This document shows positions 27,073 through 36,133 of a stretch of 64,000 nt of DNA, one piece after another; the first letter of the stretch is position 1; every line of letters starts with the position of its first letter. The translations under genes were made by a program, and so were the position numbers. The stretch comes from an uncultured Verrucomicrobiota bacterium. GTDB lineage: Bacteria > Verrucomicrobiota > Verrucomicrobiia > Limisphaerales > UBA9464. The notes beneath the pieces are model-generated. The model saw nothing but the letters and a program-made list of their open reading frames with translations, did no database searches and was not told where the DNA came from. The DNA lies in contig CAINWP010000064.1 of assembly GCA_903854475.1 (NCBI GenBank), positions 5,590 through 69,589 on the forward strand. The letters are read 5' to 3'.

Positions 27073-29279
27073 ATGCCCCGGTGCCGATCGCGGTCTGTTT
27101 CATTTTTCCCATGTTCAGGAACTCTTTATTTTGTACGGCCCTCGGAATGCTGGTCCACACGGTGGCTTTAGCCGGTGCTGCAAATCCTGATTGGTTGATC
27201 GATCCGTCGCCGTATCGGGCGCGGGTTCAGATTGCCTCAGATCGCCCCGAGCTCGTTCTCGACAACGGTCTGCTGCGGCGCGTTATTCGCATCGAGCCCA
27301 ACGCGGCTACGGTTTCGTTGGAGAATCGCATTAGCGGCGAGTCCCTGATCCGCGGGGTGAAGCCGGAAGCCGTGGTGGAGCTCAACGGCAAACGATTCGA
27401 GGTCGGGGGTCTTCAAGGGCAACCCAACTACGCCTTCCTCAGGCCCGAATGGGAGGGGCAACTCAAAGCGCGGCCCGAGGCGTTTCGATTTGTGGGTCAT
27501 GAGATTGGAGTCCCTCAGGAACGCATGGCGTGGAAGCAGGTGCGGCATCATGCGCCGGGGGTCCAATGGCCGCCGCGGGGAGTGACTCTGAGGCTCGATT
27601 TCGAGGCGCCGTCGTCGTTGGTCTCTGAACCGTCTCTTCGGGGACTCCGGATTTCAGTGCACTACGAATTGTACGACGGCATTCCCTGCTACTCGAAGTG
27701 GTTGACCGTGAGCAACGGAACGGCCTCGGCGGTGACGATCAACCGTTTTTCTAGCGAGGTGCTCGCGGCCGTCGAGCGGGTCTCGGAAGTGGATGAGCTG
27801 TCGGTGGGGCTGACGCCTCCCAACTTCCATGTCGAAACGGATATGTCGTTTGGTGGAATGACCGGGGCAGGGGCCAATCGGCGTTCCTATCGGTGGTTGA
27901 CGGATCCTGAGTTTCATTCCCAGGTCAATTACGAGAAGAAGACCCCTTGCTTGCTGGATGTGGGGCCCGATCTGGGACCCGATCAGACAGTGGCTCCCGG
28001 GGCTACCTTCGAAACCTACCGGGCCTGGATCTTGCCGCAGGACAGCACGGACCGTGAGCGGTGTGGTCTGGCCGTGCGGCGGATGATGCGCACGGTGGCT
28101 CCCTGGGTGACCGAGAACCCGCTGATGATGCACGTGGTTTCTTCGCACGGACCGACGGTCACCAATGCCATCGACCAGTGCGCGGCGACCGGCTTTGAGA
28201 TGCTTATTCTCAGTTTTGGCAGCGGCTTCGACATGGAGAACGAACGCCCGGAAACCTTGCAGAAAGCTAAAGACTTCTCGGCCTATGCGCGGAGTCGGGG
28301 CGTGGAAATCGGGAGCTATTCTCTCTTGGCCTCGCGCAGCGTCGGTGGTGGGAATGACGTGGTCTTGCCCTCCGGGCTTAAGCCGGTATTTGGGAATTCG
28401 CCCTGCCTCCAAAGCCAGTGGGGCACTAATTACTTTCGCCGATTGTACGAGTTCCATCGCCAGAGCGGTTTTACGTTATTGGAGCACGATGGCTCTTACC
28501 CCGGTGATCCCTGTGCGTCCACGAACCATCCGGGGCACCGACGTTGGGAGGATTCCCGCTGGAACCAGTGGGTGGAGATTCGAGACTTCTACCGTTGGTG
28601 CCGGGGTCAGGGCTTCTACCTGAACGTGCCCGATCACTATTTCATGGCCGGTTCCACCAAAACTGGCATGGGCTACCGAGAGGTGAATTGGTCGTTACCG
28701 CGAGAACAGCAAGTCATTCACACCCGTCAGAACATTTATGACGGTACTTGGGAGAAGTGCCCCAGCATGGGATGGATGTTTGTACCGCTGACCGAGTACC
28801 AGGGCGGAGGAGCCGCGGCGACCATCGAACCCTTGTCCGAGCACCTAGACCATTATCGGCGGATGCTGGAGAGTAATTTGGCATTAGGAGTCCAGGCCTG
28901 TTATCGCGGTCCGCGCCTCTTTGACAGCGAAGTGACCCGGTCCATGGTTAAAGGTCAGGTAGACTGGTTCAAAGCGCACCGGGATATTCTTGAGAGCGAT
29001 GTGATCCACGGCCGACGGGCCGACGCCCGAGACCTCGATTGGATGCTTCACGTGAATCCCTCCTTAAAAGAAAAAGGGATGCTAGTGGTCTTCAATCCAT
29101 TGAATGAACCGGTCCGCAAGGTGTTGAAACCTAATCTCTATTATACTGGATTGACCCAGACCGCGAGATTGCGGGAACGCGGTGGCAAGGGGCAGCGTTT
29201 GTCGGTGGGTCGTGACGGTCGGGTGGAGGTGAGCGTGACTGTTCCAGCTCAGGGCATGAACTGGTGGGTGATCGAATGA
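27069..29279 (+). CDS. Secreted hypothetical protein (736 aa), possibly a TIM-barrel glycoside-hydrolase-like fold
   Basis: ATGA overlap with the upstream gene. Signal peptide present. Long, non-repetitive and protein-like ('GFEMLILSFGSGFD', 'EHDGSYPGDPC', 'GWMFVPLTEYQGGG'). The fold guess is weak. The coding call is solid. Confidence 0.6.
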   Translation: MNAPVPIAVCFIFPMFRNSLFCTALGMLVHTVALAGAANPDWLIDPSPYRARVQIASDRPELVLDNGLLRRVIRIEPNAATVSLENRISGESLIRGVKPEAVVELNGKRFEVGGLQGQPNYAFLRPEWEGQLKARPEAFRFVGHEIGVPQERMAWKQVRHHAPGVQWPPRGVTLRLDFEAPSSLVSEPSLRGLRISVHYELYDGIPCYSKWLTVSNGTASAVTINRFSSEVLAAVERVSEVDELSVGLTPPNFHVETDMSFGGMTGAGANRRSYRWLTDPEFHSQVNYEKKTPCLLDVGPDLGPDQTVAPGATFETYRAWILPQDSTDRERCGLAVRRMMRTVAPWVTENPLMMHVVSSHGPTVTNAIDQCAATGFEMLILSFGSGFDMENERPETLQKAKDFSAYARSRGVEIGSYSLLASRSVGGGNDVVLPSGLKPVFGNSPCLQSQWGTNYFRRLYEFHRQSGFTLLEHDGSYPGDPCASTNHPGHRRWEDSRWNQWVEIRDFYRWCRGQGFYLNVPDHYFMAGSTKTGMGYREVNWSLPREQQVIHTRQNIYDGTWEKCPSMGWMFVPLTEYQGGGAAATIEPLSEHLDHYRRMLESNLALGVQACYRGPRLFDSEVTRSMVKGQVDWFKAHRDILESDVIHGRRADARDLDWMLHVNPSLKEKGMLVVFNPLNEPVRKVLKPNLYYTGLTQTARLRERGGKGQRLSVGRDGRVEVSVTVPAQGMNWWVIE

Positions 29280-30973
29280 AGAACTTCAGTTTGAACGATT
29301 TTGGGGCGTCTCGATGGTTTCGGGCGCTCGGGTTTTTAGCCGTTTTTGGATGGGCTCTTTGCCTGCCATCTCTAGTGGCTCAGGGAACCGGCTCTTCGGC
29401 CTCTTCTGTTTCGGAAACTGAGGGCTCCCGAGGACGGGATCTTTACCTCAAGAACTGCTTTGCCTGCCACCAGATGCGGGGTCAAGGGATTCCGGGAGTC
29501 TTTCCGCCACTCGCTGCTTCCGACTACCTCTTGGCCGACATTGATCGAGCCATCCGGATCATCTGCGAAGGGTTGAACGGCGAGATCACGGTCAATGCGC
29601 GTCGGTACGCCGGCGTCATGCCGCCCGCCATTTTGCAAGACGACGAGGTGGCGAGCGTCCTAAATTATGTTTTGCGCAATTGGGGCAACGCAGGCCCCGA
29701 GGTGACTTCCGAGCAGGTCAAGAAGGTGCGAGCGACGACGGCTTATCCGACCTTTGAAGCGCTTCAGCAGGCCAATCGCTACCCGCCGTTGCCCAAGGCT
29801 CCGGAGGGGTTCCGCTTGCGGGAGGTGGCACGCCTGCCTTTTCGCCCGGTGCGCCTCGCCAGCGACGGTCGTGGGCACGGGTTGTATGTGCTGACCGAGC
29901 AGGGCGATGTGTGGCGATTGGATCCTTCGAATGCGGCCCTGAAACAAATTCTCCCAGCCAACCGCTATTTGGAACGCCGCCCGGAGGACATCGGCGGGCC
30001 CCTCTTCGTCTTGGGAATGACGCTCGACCGTCAGAAGCGGCTCTATATCGCCTCCAATCAGCAGAACAAGGCGACCCGGCCTTACCAGAATATCGTCACT
30101 ATTTATCGGAGCTCCTCCGTGACCAATGGACATCCCTCGGAGCTTAAGCCGTGGTTCCAGACCAATTACCCGGGGAGTCCGGCTTACATTCATGCCGTGG
30201 AGAATATTGCCTTCGGTCCGGATGGGCATTTGTACGCTGGCAATGGCGGCCGCACTGACGGAGGTCTCACCGGAACCGACTCGGAGTGGTATGGTGGTGG
30301 AGAAACCCCTATTACCGGTTGCCTCTGGCGGATCAAGTCCGACTCCACTCCGCCCGTTCTAGAGGTCTACGCCCGCGGTCTTCGCAACGCGTACGGTTTT
30401 TGTTGGAACGCCGCCGGGGAGATGTTCGCCACGGAGAACGGTCCGGATGCGGATGCTCCGGAGGAACTCAACCACATCGAACAGGGCAAGCATTATGGTT
30501 TCCCGTACCGGTTCGCTGACTGGACGAAGAAGGCCTATCCGACCAGCCCCGAACCTCCTGCTGGCCTCGCCTTCACGCTGCCGGTGGCCAACCTCGGTCC
30601 CGATGGCGGATTCTCTGGGACTCCGATGTTCACGTTTGATCCGCATTCGGGTCCTGGCGGAATTGTGTTTTTGGGCAATGAGTTTCCAGAAGGATATCGG
30701 GGTGCCTTCTTGCTGACCCGTTTCGGGAATTTTATCCGATCACCCAAGGATAACTCGGGATTCGATGTGCTCCGGGCGACCTTGCGCCGGAATGCCGAGG
30801 GGCGCTTCGAGGGGCATTTCCATACCGTGCTTTCGGGACTTGGGCGTCCCATCGATATCCATCTGGGCGCGCCAGGAAAACTCTACATCGCCGAATATTC
30901 CCGGGCCACCAACAGCGGCGATTCCTATGGCCCTTCAGGGCGGATTCTCGAGTTGTCGGTGGCGGGACGCTGA
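29276..30973 (+). CDS. Cytochrome c domain fused to a PQQ-dependent (soluble glucose/sorbosone-type) sugar dehydrogenase beta-propeller
   Basis: ATGA overlap with the upstream gene (29276-29279). 'CFACH' at 29456-29470 with a downstream Met ('YAGVMPP'). Propeller motifs 'GLRNAYGFCWNAAGEMFATENGPD' and 'ELNHIEQGKHYGFPY'. Confidence 0.8.
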   Translation: MKNFSLNDFGASRWFRALGFLAVFGWALCLPSLVAQGTGSSASSVSETEGSRGRDLYLKNCFACHQMRGQGIPGVFPPLAASDYLLADIDRAIRIICEGLNGEITVNARRYAGVMPPAILQDDEVASVLNYVLRNWGNAGPEVTSEQVKKVRATTAYPTFEALQQANRYPPLPKAPEGFRLREVARLPFRPVRLASDGRGHGLYVLTEQGDVWRLDPSNAALKQILPANRYLERRPEDIGGPLFVLGMTLDRQKRLYIASNQQNKATRPYQNIVTIYRSSSVTNGHPSELKPWFQTNYPGSPAYIHAVENIAFGPDGHLYAGNGGRTDGGLTGTDSEWYGGGETPITGCLWRIKSDSTPPVLEVYARGLRNAYGFCWNAAGEMFATENGPDADAPEELNHIEQGKHYGFPYRFADWTKKAYPTSPEPPAGLAFTLPVANLGPDGGFSGTPMFTFDPHSGPGGIVFLGNEFPEGYRGAFLLTRFGNFIRSPKDNSGFDVLRATLRRNAEGRFEGHFHTVLSGLGRPIDIHLGAPGKLYIAEYSRATNSGDSYGPSGRILELSVAGR

Positions 30974-31011
30974 GATGGAGCCGTCGCAGGGGACGGCGTC
31001 GCGCGGCCCGC

Positions 31012-31734
31012 TCAGGCGAGTCGAGCCGGCTCGGTGTCGATAGTGGATAAGCGGCGGCGTTGGTACCAAGCCATGCCCACCAAATCGAACAGTCCCCGCC
31101 CGAGGCGGTTCCAGACTCCGTATTTGGACACTCCGGCCGTGCGTGGGCGGTGTTTCACGGGCACTTCTAGAACGTGGCTCCCGTTTCCAGCCACGAGGAT
31201 TGGCAGGAAGCGGTGCAGCCCGTTGAAGGGGAAAATTCCGGTCAGGCTGCTGCGTTTGAACGCCCGCAACGCGCAACCGGTGTCCGCGAAGTCCCATCCC
31301 AAACTCCAGGAGCGGAAACTCCGGGCTACTCGCGACGAGGCCTTGCGCACGAAGGAGTCCTGACGATTCACCCGGTGGCCGCACACAAAATCGGCCCGGT
31401 CGAGCAGTTGCAGCATGCGCGGGAGCTCCGATGGGTCGTTCTGAAGGTCGCCGTCGAGGGTGCACAAAAACGGTGCCTCCGTTCGGGAGATGCCGGTCCA
31501 GATGGCCGCACTTTGCCCGGCATTCTTGAGATGCCGCAGTCCGGTGACGCGGGGATCGCGGGCTTTCTCGGTGCAAATGGCTTCCCAGGTGCCGTCGGTT
31601 GAAGCGTCATCCACGAGCACCAATTGCCAGGCCCGTGTTTCAGCACGAAATACTTCGGCAATCTCGGTCACCAACGGAACGATGTTGGCGACCTCATTGA
31701 AGACGGGAACGACGATGACGATCTGCGGAACCAC
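31012..31734 (-). CDS. Family-2 glycosyltransferase (polyprenyl-phosphate sugar transferase-like)
   Basis: GTG start. 'IVIVVPVFNEVANIVPLV', 'VLVDDASTDGT', 'LDGDLQNDP'. Confidence 0.85.
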   Translation of the reverse strand: MVPQIVIVVPVFNEVANIVPLVTEIAEVFRAETRAWQLVLVDDASTDGTWEAICTEKARDPRVTGLRHLKNAGQSAAIWTGISRTEAPFLCTLDGDLQNDPSELPRMLQLLDRADFVCGHRVNRQDSFVRKASSRVARSFRSWSLGWDFADTGCALRAFKRSSLTGIFPFNGLHRFLPILVAGNGSHVLEVPVKHRPRTAGVSKYGVWNRLGRGLFDLVGMAWYQRRRLSTIDTEPARLA

Positions 31735-31835
31735 GGACTGAAGCCTACGGAATGGAGACTCCGGGAACCAGTCGCGTTTGCGGTCGACCGCGCTTCACCG
31801 TTGGTTCCGCCTTCTGGGTGGCCTACCGTTTCGCT

Positions 31836-32666
31836 ATGCCCGAGTTGCCCGAAGTGGAGGCGTTTGGACGGTGGTTGCTGCCGCAAGTTCGTGGTCGGTC
31901 CATCGACACGGTTGCGGTGCTCAAGCCTCGGTTGGTGCGTCCCGTGTCGGTTCCGGAGTTTATCGAGTCCGTGCAGGGGAGTCGTGTCCAAGACCTCCGC
32001 CGCCGGGGGAAGTGCCTCCTCTGGGACTGCGTACGCCCCAGCGGGGAGTCGGAGTTGTTGGTCACCCATTTGGGCATGACCGGCTCCTGGCGGATGTTGC
32101 CGTACCATGGGCCGTTGCCTCGACATGCCGCAGTGGTCTTGGGTTTTGGCCAGCAACGCGTGGTGCTCGAGGACTCTCGCCAGTTCGGGCATCTCCGGTT
32201 GGGGAATGCGGCGGTGCCGGTGCTGGGCCCTGAGCCGCTAGATCCCTGCTTCACCCCTGAGTTGCTCGGTGAGGCGTTGGCCCACGGGCGAAGGCCGATC
32301 AAGGTTTGCCTGATGGATCCTTCCCGGTTGGCCGGGGTCGGTAATCTCTATGCCAGCGAAGCGTTGTTCTTGGCCGGCATTGATCCAACGACGCCAGCTC
32401 ATGAACTGGGATTTGAAGTCATCGGGCGATTGCATGCTGTGCTTCGACCGCTCCTAGAAGCCGCCGTGGAACGGAATCTTCAGGCCCTTCGATTAGATCG
32501 TTCCATGCTCTATCAACAGCAGGGGGTGCCGGAGGATCCGTCCGAGGGTGGGCTTTGGGTGTATGACCGTGAGGGGCAGCCGTGCTTTCGCTGCGCATCG
32601 CCAATTATTCGTTTCATGCAGTCGGGGCGTTCCACCTTCTGGTGTCCCCAGTGTCAGCGGCCGTGA
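31836..32666 (+). CDS. mutM: Formamidopyrimidine-DNA glycosylase
   Basis: The internal ATG at 31836 gives 'MPELPEVEAF'. H2TH region 'LMDPSRLAGVGNLYASEALF'. C-terminal zinc finger 'CFRCASPIIRFMQSGRSTFWCPQC'. Confidence 0.9.
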   Translation: MPELPEVEAFGRWLLPQVRGRSIDTVAVLKPRLVRPVSVPEFIESVQGSRVQDLRRRGKCLLWDCVRPSGESELLVTHLGMTGSWRMLPYHGPLPRHAAVVLGFGQQRVVLEDSRQFGHLRLGNAAVPVLGPEPLDPCFTPELLGEALAHGRRPIKVCLMDPSRLAGVGNLYASEALFLAGIDPTTPAHELGFEVIGRLHAVLRPLLEAAVERNLQALRLDRSMLYQQQGVPEDPSEGGLWVYDREGQPCFRCASPIIRFMQSGRSTFWCPQCQRP

Positions 32667-32719
32667 AGTGGGTAGAGGATTGTCAGGGGTATTGTCAGCG
32701 AGGGGCTTTGCGGTGCTCA

Positions 32720-33157
32720 ATGTCCCCCGTGAAACGGAATCAGGATGGATGGGGTTGGATGCTCCTGGCGCTGCTGCTCCTTCTATTTTCGGGATGCGCG
32801 TCCTCCTCGATGGCAGCCTCGAAGAAGCCCATGCCCGGGGCTCCGAACACCCTCCCGCCGCAGTGGTTGCGGACGGAACTCTACCTCGCCGCCGTGGACG
32901 CTTCCGAATGGGAGACCTTCTTGGCCGAGCGCATCACTCGACGGTTTCCGGCCGGATTCACCGTGTTCGATGCTTACGGGCAATGGCGGGCGCCGCAGGG
33001 GGATATTCGACGGTTGTCGACCAAGGTGGTGGTGATCCTTCACCCACCCACGCACGAGGCGGAGCAGGCCATCGAGGCGATTCGCAAGGAATACTGCGCG
33101 GCCTTTAACCAGATTTCTGTGCTTCGCTCAACCACCCCGGCGCTTGTTTCCTTCTGA
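32720..33157 (+). CDS. Small lipoprotein, DUF3574-like (tentative)
   Basis: The internal ATG at 32720 gives 'MSPVKRNQDGWGWMLLALLLLLFSGCASS' (lipobox). 'ELYLAAVDASEWETFLAERITRRFPAGFTVFDAYGQWR' resembles DUF3574 as I remember it. Confidence 0.5.
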   Translation: MSPVKRNQDGWGWMLLALLLLLFSGCASSSMAASKKPMPGAPNTLPPQWLRTELYLAAVDASEWETFLAERITRRFPAGFTVFDAYGQWRAPQGDIRRLSTKVVVILHPPTHEAEQAIEAIRKEYCAAFNQISVLRSTTPALVSF

Positions 33158-33162
33158 ACCCC

Positions 33163-33777
33163 ATGTTGCCCCTTCCGATGATCCTCGCTTCAGCGTCACC
33201 CCGGCGGGTGGAATTGCTCCGGACTTTGATTCCCGAGTTCCAGGTCATCCCCAGTGATGCGACCGAGGTGCATGACGCCGCCGTGGGGGTTCGTGCGTTG
33301 TGCGAACTCAATGCGCAGATTAAGGCGACTCCCATTTCTCAACGCCATCCAGAGCAGTTGGTGCTCGGGGCTGACACGCTCGTGTGGCTCGACGGGCAGC
33401 CACTGGGGAAGCCTCCCGACCTCGCCGCCGCTCGGGCGATGCTGGAGAGTCTCTCGGGCAAGTCGCATGAAGTGGTGACCGGTGTGTGCCTGATGCATGG
33501 CGCCTCCGGTCGGTGCACGGTGTTTTCGGACGTGACGCGTGTGGTGTTCCGATCTCTGAATTCGGCACTCATCGACCGCTATCTCGAGGTTGTTCCCACG
33601 CTCGATAAGGCGGGAGGTTATGCGCTCCAGCAGCACGGCGACTGGCTAGTCCAATCCGTGGTTGGCTCGCAAAGCAATGTCATCGGATTGCCGGTAGAGG
33701 CCCTGCGCCACGCTCTCGGAGACTGGGGGATTTCGCTCATCTCGGCCCGCGACGGCGGAACCGGCTCGGGGCACTGA
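33163..33777 (+). CDS. maf: Maf-like nucleoside-triphosphate pyrophosphatase
   Basis: 'LILASASPRRVELLRTL', 'GADTLVWLDGQPLGKP', 'DKAGGYALQ'. Confidence 0.9.
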   Translation: MLPLPMILASASPRRVELLRTLIPEFQVIPSDATEVHDAAVGVRALCELNAQIKATPISQRHPEQLVLGADTLVWLDGQPLGKPPDLAAARAMLESLSGKSHEVVTGVCLMHGASGRCTVFSDVTRVVFRSLNSALIDRYLEVVPTLDKAGGYALQQHGDWLVQSVVGSQSNVIGLPVEALRHALGDWGISLISARDGGTGSGH

Positions 33778-35050
33778 CAAGCACCGCCCACACGAGCAGG
33801 GCAGCGTTAAAGAGAACGAGTCGTTGAACCACTCGCTGCAGCCCCTCGGCTGGAGATCCGCGCAGCAGAGAGTCTTGAAAACCCCAGAGGCTGAAGCCAT
33901 ACAACGCTGCCAAAACCAACGTTCCGGGCACGAAACGGAAATCGCCATGAGCGATTCGATCGCTGAAGAGCACATTGGCCAGAGTGAAGGCGAGCATGCC
34001 CCAGGCGAACCAGGGCACCAGCGGGGCTGATAGTTCTGTAGGAATGCCCGGTAGCAGAATTTTGACCGGCAACCATGGCAGGAGGGTACAGCCCAAAGCC
34101 GCCAATCCGCCGAGGGTCGCCGTCGCCAATAAGGTCCATCGAAAGGCTTGGTGCCCTTCGCCACCGGCGGTACTCCGGGCCACCTTAGGGAACATAACCA
34201 GCGCCAGTGGCACGGTGAACTGGCTGAGGGCAAATCCGATCTGGGCACCGGGCGAATAGCGCGATCCCACTTCTTTCTGCCATGCTTCGGGCACCGCTGC
34301 CTGCAGGAACAAATTGTCGAGTTGGCTCAGGGCCTGGAGGGCCGCCGCGCCGAGGAAGAGGGGCCAGAATCCCCCAATGGCTCCGGTGTTAGCGGGTGCA
34401 GCAGCTCCGGCAGGGGACGCGCTACCAATAGTTTCGACGCTCCAGGGTCTGATGGCGCGAAAACCCACCGCCATGGCGATGAGCGTTCCGGACAGGGCTC
34501 CACCGATTGCTCCCGTGGCACTACCGCCTAGCCAAGAGAGAATTATCGCCACCGATGCAAAGCGGCCCAACCCGTCCGCAATCGACATGGATCCCAGACC
34601 GGCAAAATCTTGTCGCCCTTGGAGGACGCCTCGCTGGAGGGCTGCCAGCAGCGACGCGAGGATGAGTCCCCAAGTAATCCAGAGAGGCAACACCGAGTTG
34701 AGTTTCAAGTGGCTCGCCAGAGTGGAGCCACTCGGGATGAGCGCCAGACCGGCCAGTGTCATAACCAGTAAGACGGTGCCCGCGGTATGCTTGAGGCGAG
34801 CCCGTGTCGCCTGGATCGCTTCGTGAGTGAGTGCTGTCGCGGTTTGCCGTGCCATCAGGGTCCAAAGAGCCCCTTGGGCGGCGCCCACGACGTAGAAAAT
34901 TGCCATCAGGGACTTGAACTGGAAATACACCTGAGCCCCGCCGAGCTTCGACACCGAACCATGGACCAGAGCCATGCCAGCCCCGCCCCCCAGGGTGGCT
35001 GCAATCATCCAAAGGCTTTGCTTGAGGAAGCGCGATCGGGACTCGCTCAT
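33737..35050 (-). CDS. Polytopic membrane protein, MOP/Wzx-type polysaccharide flippase-like
   Basis: About 12 hydrophobic segments and about 437 aa, with a general resemblance to polysaccharide-biosynthesis/flippase proteins. The ATG at 35050 lies 2 nt after the rluD stop (the track start at 35056 is TTG). Its 3' end overlaps maf by 41 bp. Confidence 0.5.
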   Translation of the reverse strand: MSESRSRFLKQSLWMIAATLGGGAGMALVHGSVSKLGGAQVYFQFKSLMAIFYVVGAAQGALWTLMARQTATALTHEAIQATRARLKHTAGTVLLVMTLAGLALIPSGSTLASHLKLNSVLPLWITWGLILASLLAALQRGVLQGRQDFAGLGSMSIADGLGRFASVAIILSWLGGSATGAIGGALSGTLIAMAVGFRAIRPWSVETIGSASPAGAAAPANTGAIGGFWPLFLGAAALQALSQLDNLFLQAAVPEAWQKEVGSRYSPGAQIGFALSQFTVPLALVMFPKVARSTAGGEGHQAFRWTLLATATLGGLAALGCTLLPWLPVKILLPGIPTELSAPLVPWFAWGMLAFTLANVLFSDRIAHGDFRFVPGTLVLAALYGFSLWGFQDSLLRGSPAEGLQRVVQRLVLFNAALLVWAVLVSAPSRFRRRGPR

Positions 35051-35052
35051 GG

Positions 35053-36045
35053 TCAACGTGAGGCTCGGCTGGTTCGTGACGGCGGCGGAGCCTCGGGGGT
35101 CGGGGCGAGTCGCAGTCGATCGAGACAGGCTGCCATGTCAGAAGGCAGCGGTGCCTCAAAACGAATCTTTTGCCCCGTGCGCGGATGGTGAAAGGCCAGT
35201 CGGGCGGCATGGAGCATTTGACGAGGGGCCTTCCAGTGGTGCTCCTGAAAGAACCGTGCGTTGGCCCGTTCTCCGTACACGTCGTCACCGAGCAACGGGA
35301 AGCCGAGATGGGTCAGGTGAACCCGAATTTGGTGGGTTCGGCCGGTGTGCAGTTGGCACTCAATCCATGAGGCATCCCTCAGTGACTCAAGGCAGCGGTA
35401 CTCGGTCCAAGCCTCTCGTCCTTTGCCTGGCGTCGTCACTGCCATCTTTTTGCGTTGAATCAGGTGGCGGATAATTGGGGCCCGGATATCTCCGTTGAGC
35501 GGTCGGACCGTGCCGATGACCAGCGCTAGATAGGCTTTTTCAACGGTGCGTTCGGCAAATTGCGCCGAAAGGTGACCGTGTGCGGCATCTGTTTTGGCCA
35601 CCACGATACAACCGCTGGTTCCCAGGTCCAAGCGGTGGACAATACCCGGCCGTTCGACGCCACCGATGCCGCTCAAGCGGTCTTGGCAATGATAGAGGAG
35701 TGCATTGACCAATGTGCCGGAGGAATGACCCGCTGCTGGGTGAACCACCAGATCGGCGGTTTTGTTAACCACCAGCAAATCCTCGTCTTCGTGCAGAATG
35801 GATAGAGGAATGTTCTCAGGCAGTACTTCGCTGGGAATCGCTTCCGGCCAGCAGACCTGGATGCGATCACCGACCCGCGGATGGTCGGTGGACTTCGGCG
35901 AAGAACCGTTTACGAGGACGGCCCCCTCGGTGATCAGTTGCTGGAAGCGCCCCCGTGACGTTTCCGGGAAACGTTCAGCGAGGTAGCGGTCCAAGCGCAG
36001 GCCGGGACGGCTCTCTGTGATCTCGATATCGATGGGTTCGGGCAT
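35053..36045 (-). CDS. rluD: 23S rRNA pseudouridine synthase, RluA/RluD family
   Basis: S4-like N-terminus ('RLDRYLAERF'). Catalytic motif 'HRLDLGTSGCIVVAKT'. Also 'HQIRVHL'. Confidence 0.9.
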   Translation of the reverse strand: MPEPIDIEITESRPGLRLDRYLAERFPETSRGRFQQLITEGAVLVNGSSPKSTDHPRVGDRIQVCWPEAIPSEVLPENIPLSILHEDEDLLVVNKTADLVVHPAAGHSSGTLVNALLYHCQDRLSGIGGVERPGIVHRLDLGTSGCIVVAKTDAAHGHLSAQFAERTVEKAYLALVIGTVRPLNGDIRAPIIRHLIQRKKMAVTTPGKGREAWTEYRCLESLRDASWIECQLHTGRTHQIRVHLTHLGFPLLGDDVYGERANARFFQEHHWKAPRQMLHAARLAFHHPRTGQKIRFEAPLPSDMAACLDRLRLAPTPEAPPPSRTSRASR

Positions 36046-36133
36046 GGTTCAATCACCGTGGCCTGTCCGGTGGGGGGGAGGATAATCGGTCGGGCATCTG
36101 AAGGCGACCGCCAATCCGGCTCATTCTGTAACC

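Noticed and set aside
30980-30997. The GCCGTC-n6-GACGGC hairpin between the convergent PQQ-dehydrogenase and GT2 genes, considered as a terminator.
   Set aside because: It has only a 6-bp stem and no flanking T- or A-run. That is too weak to call.
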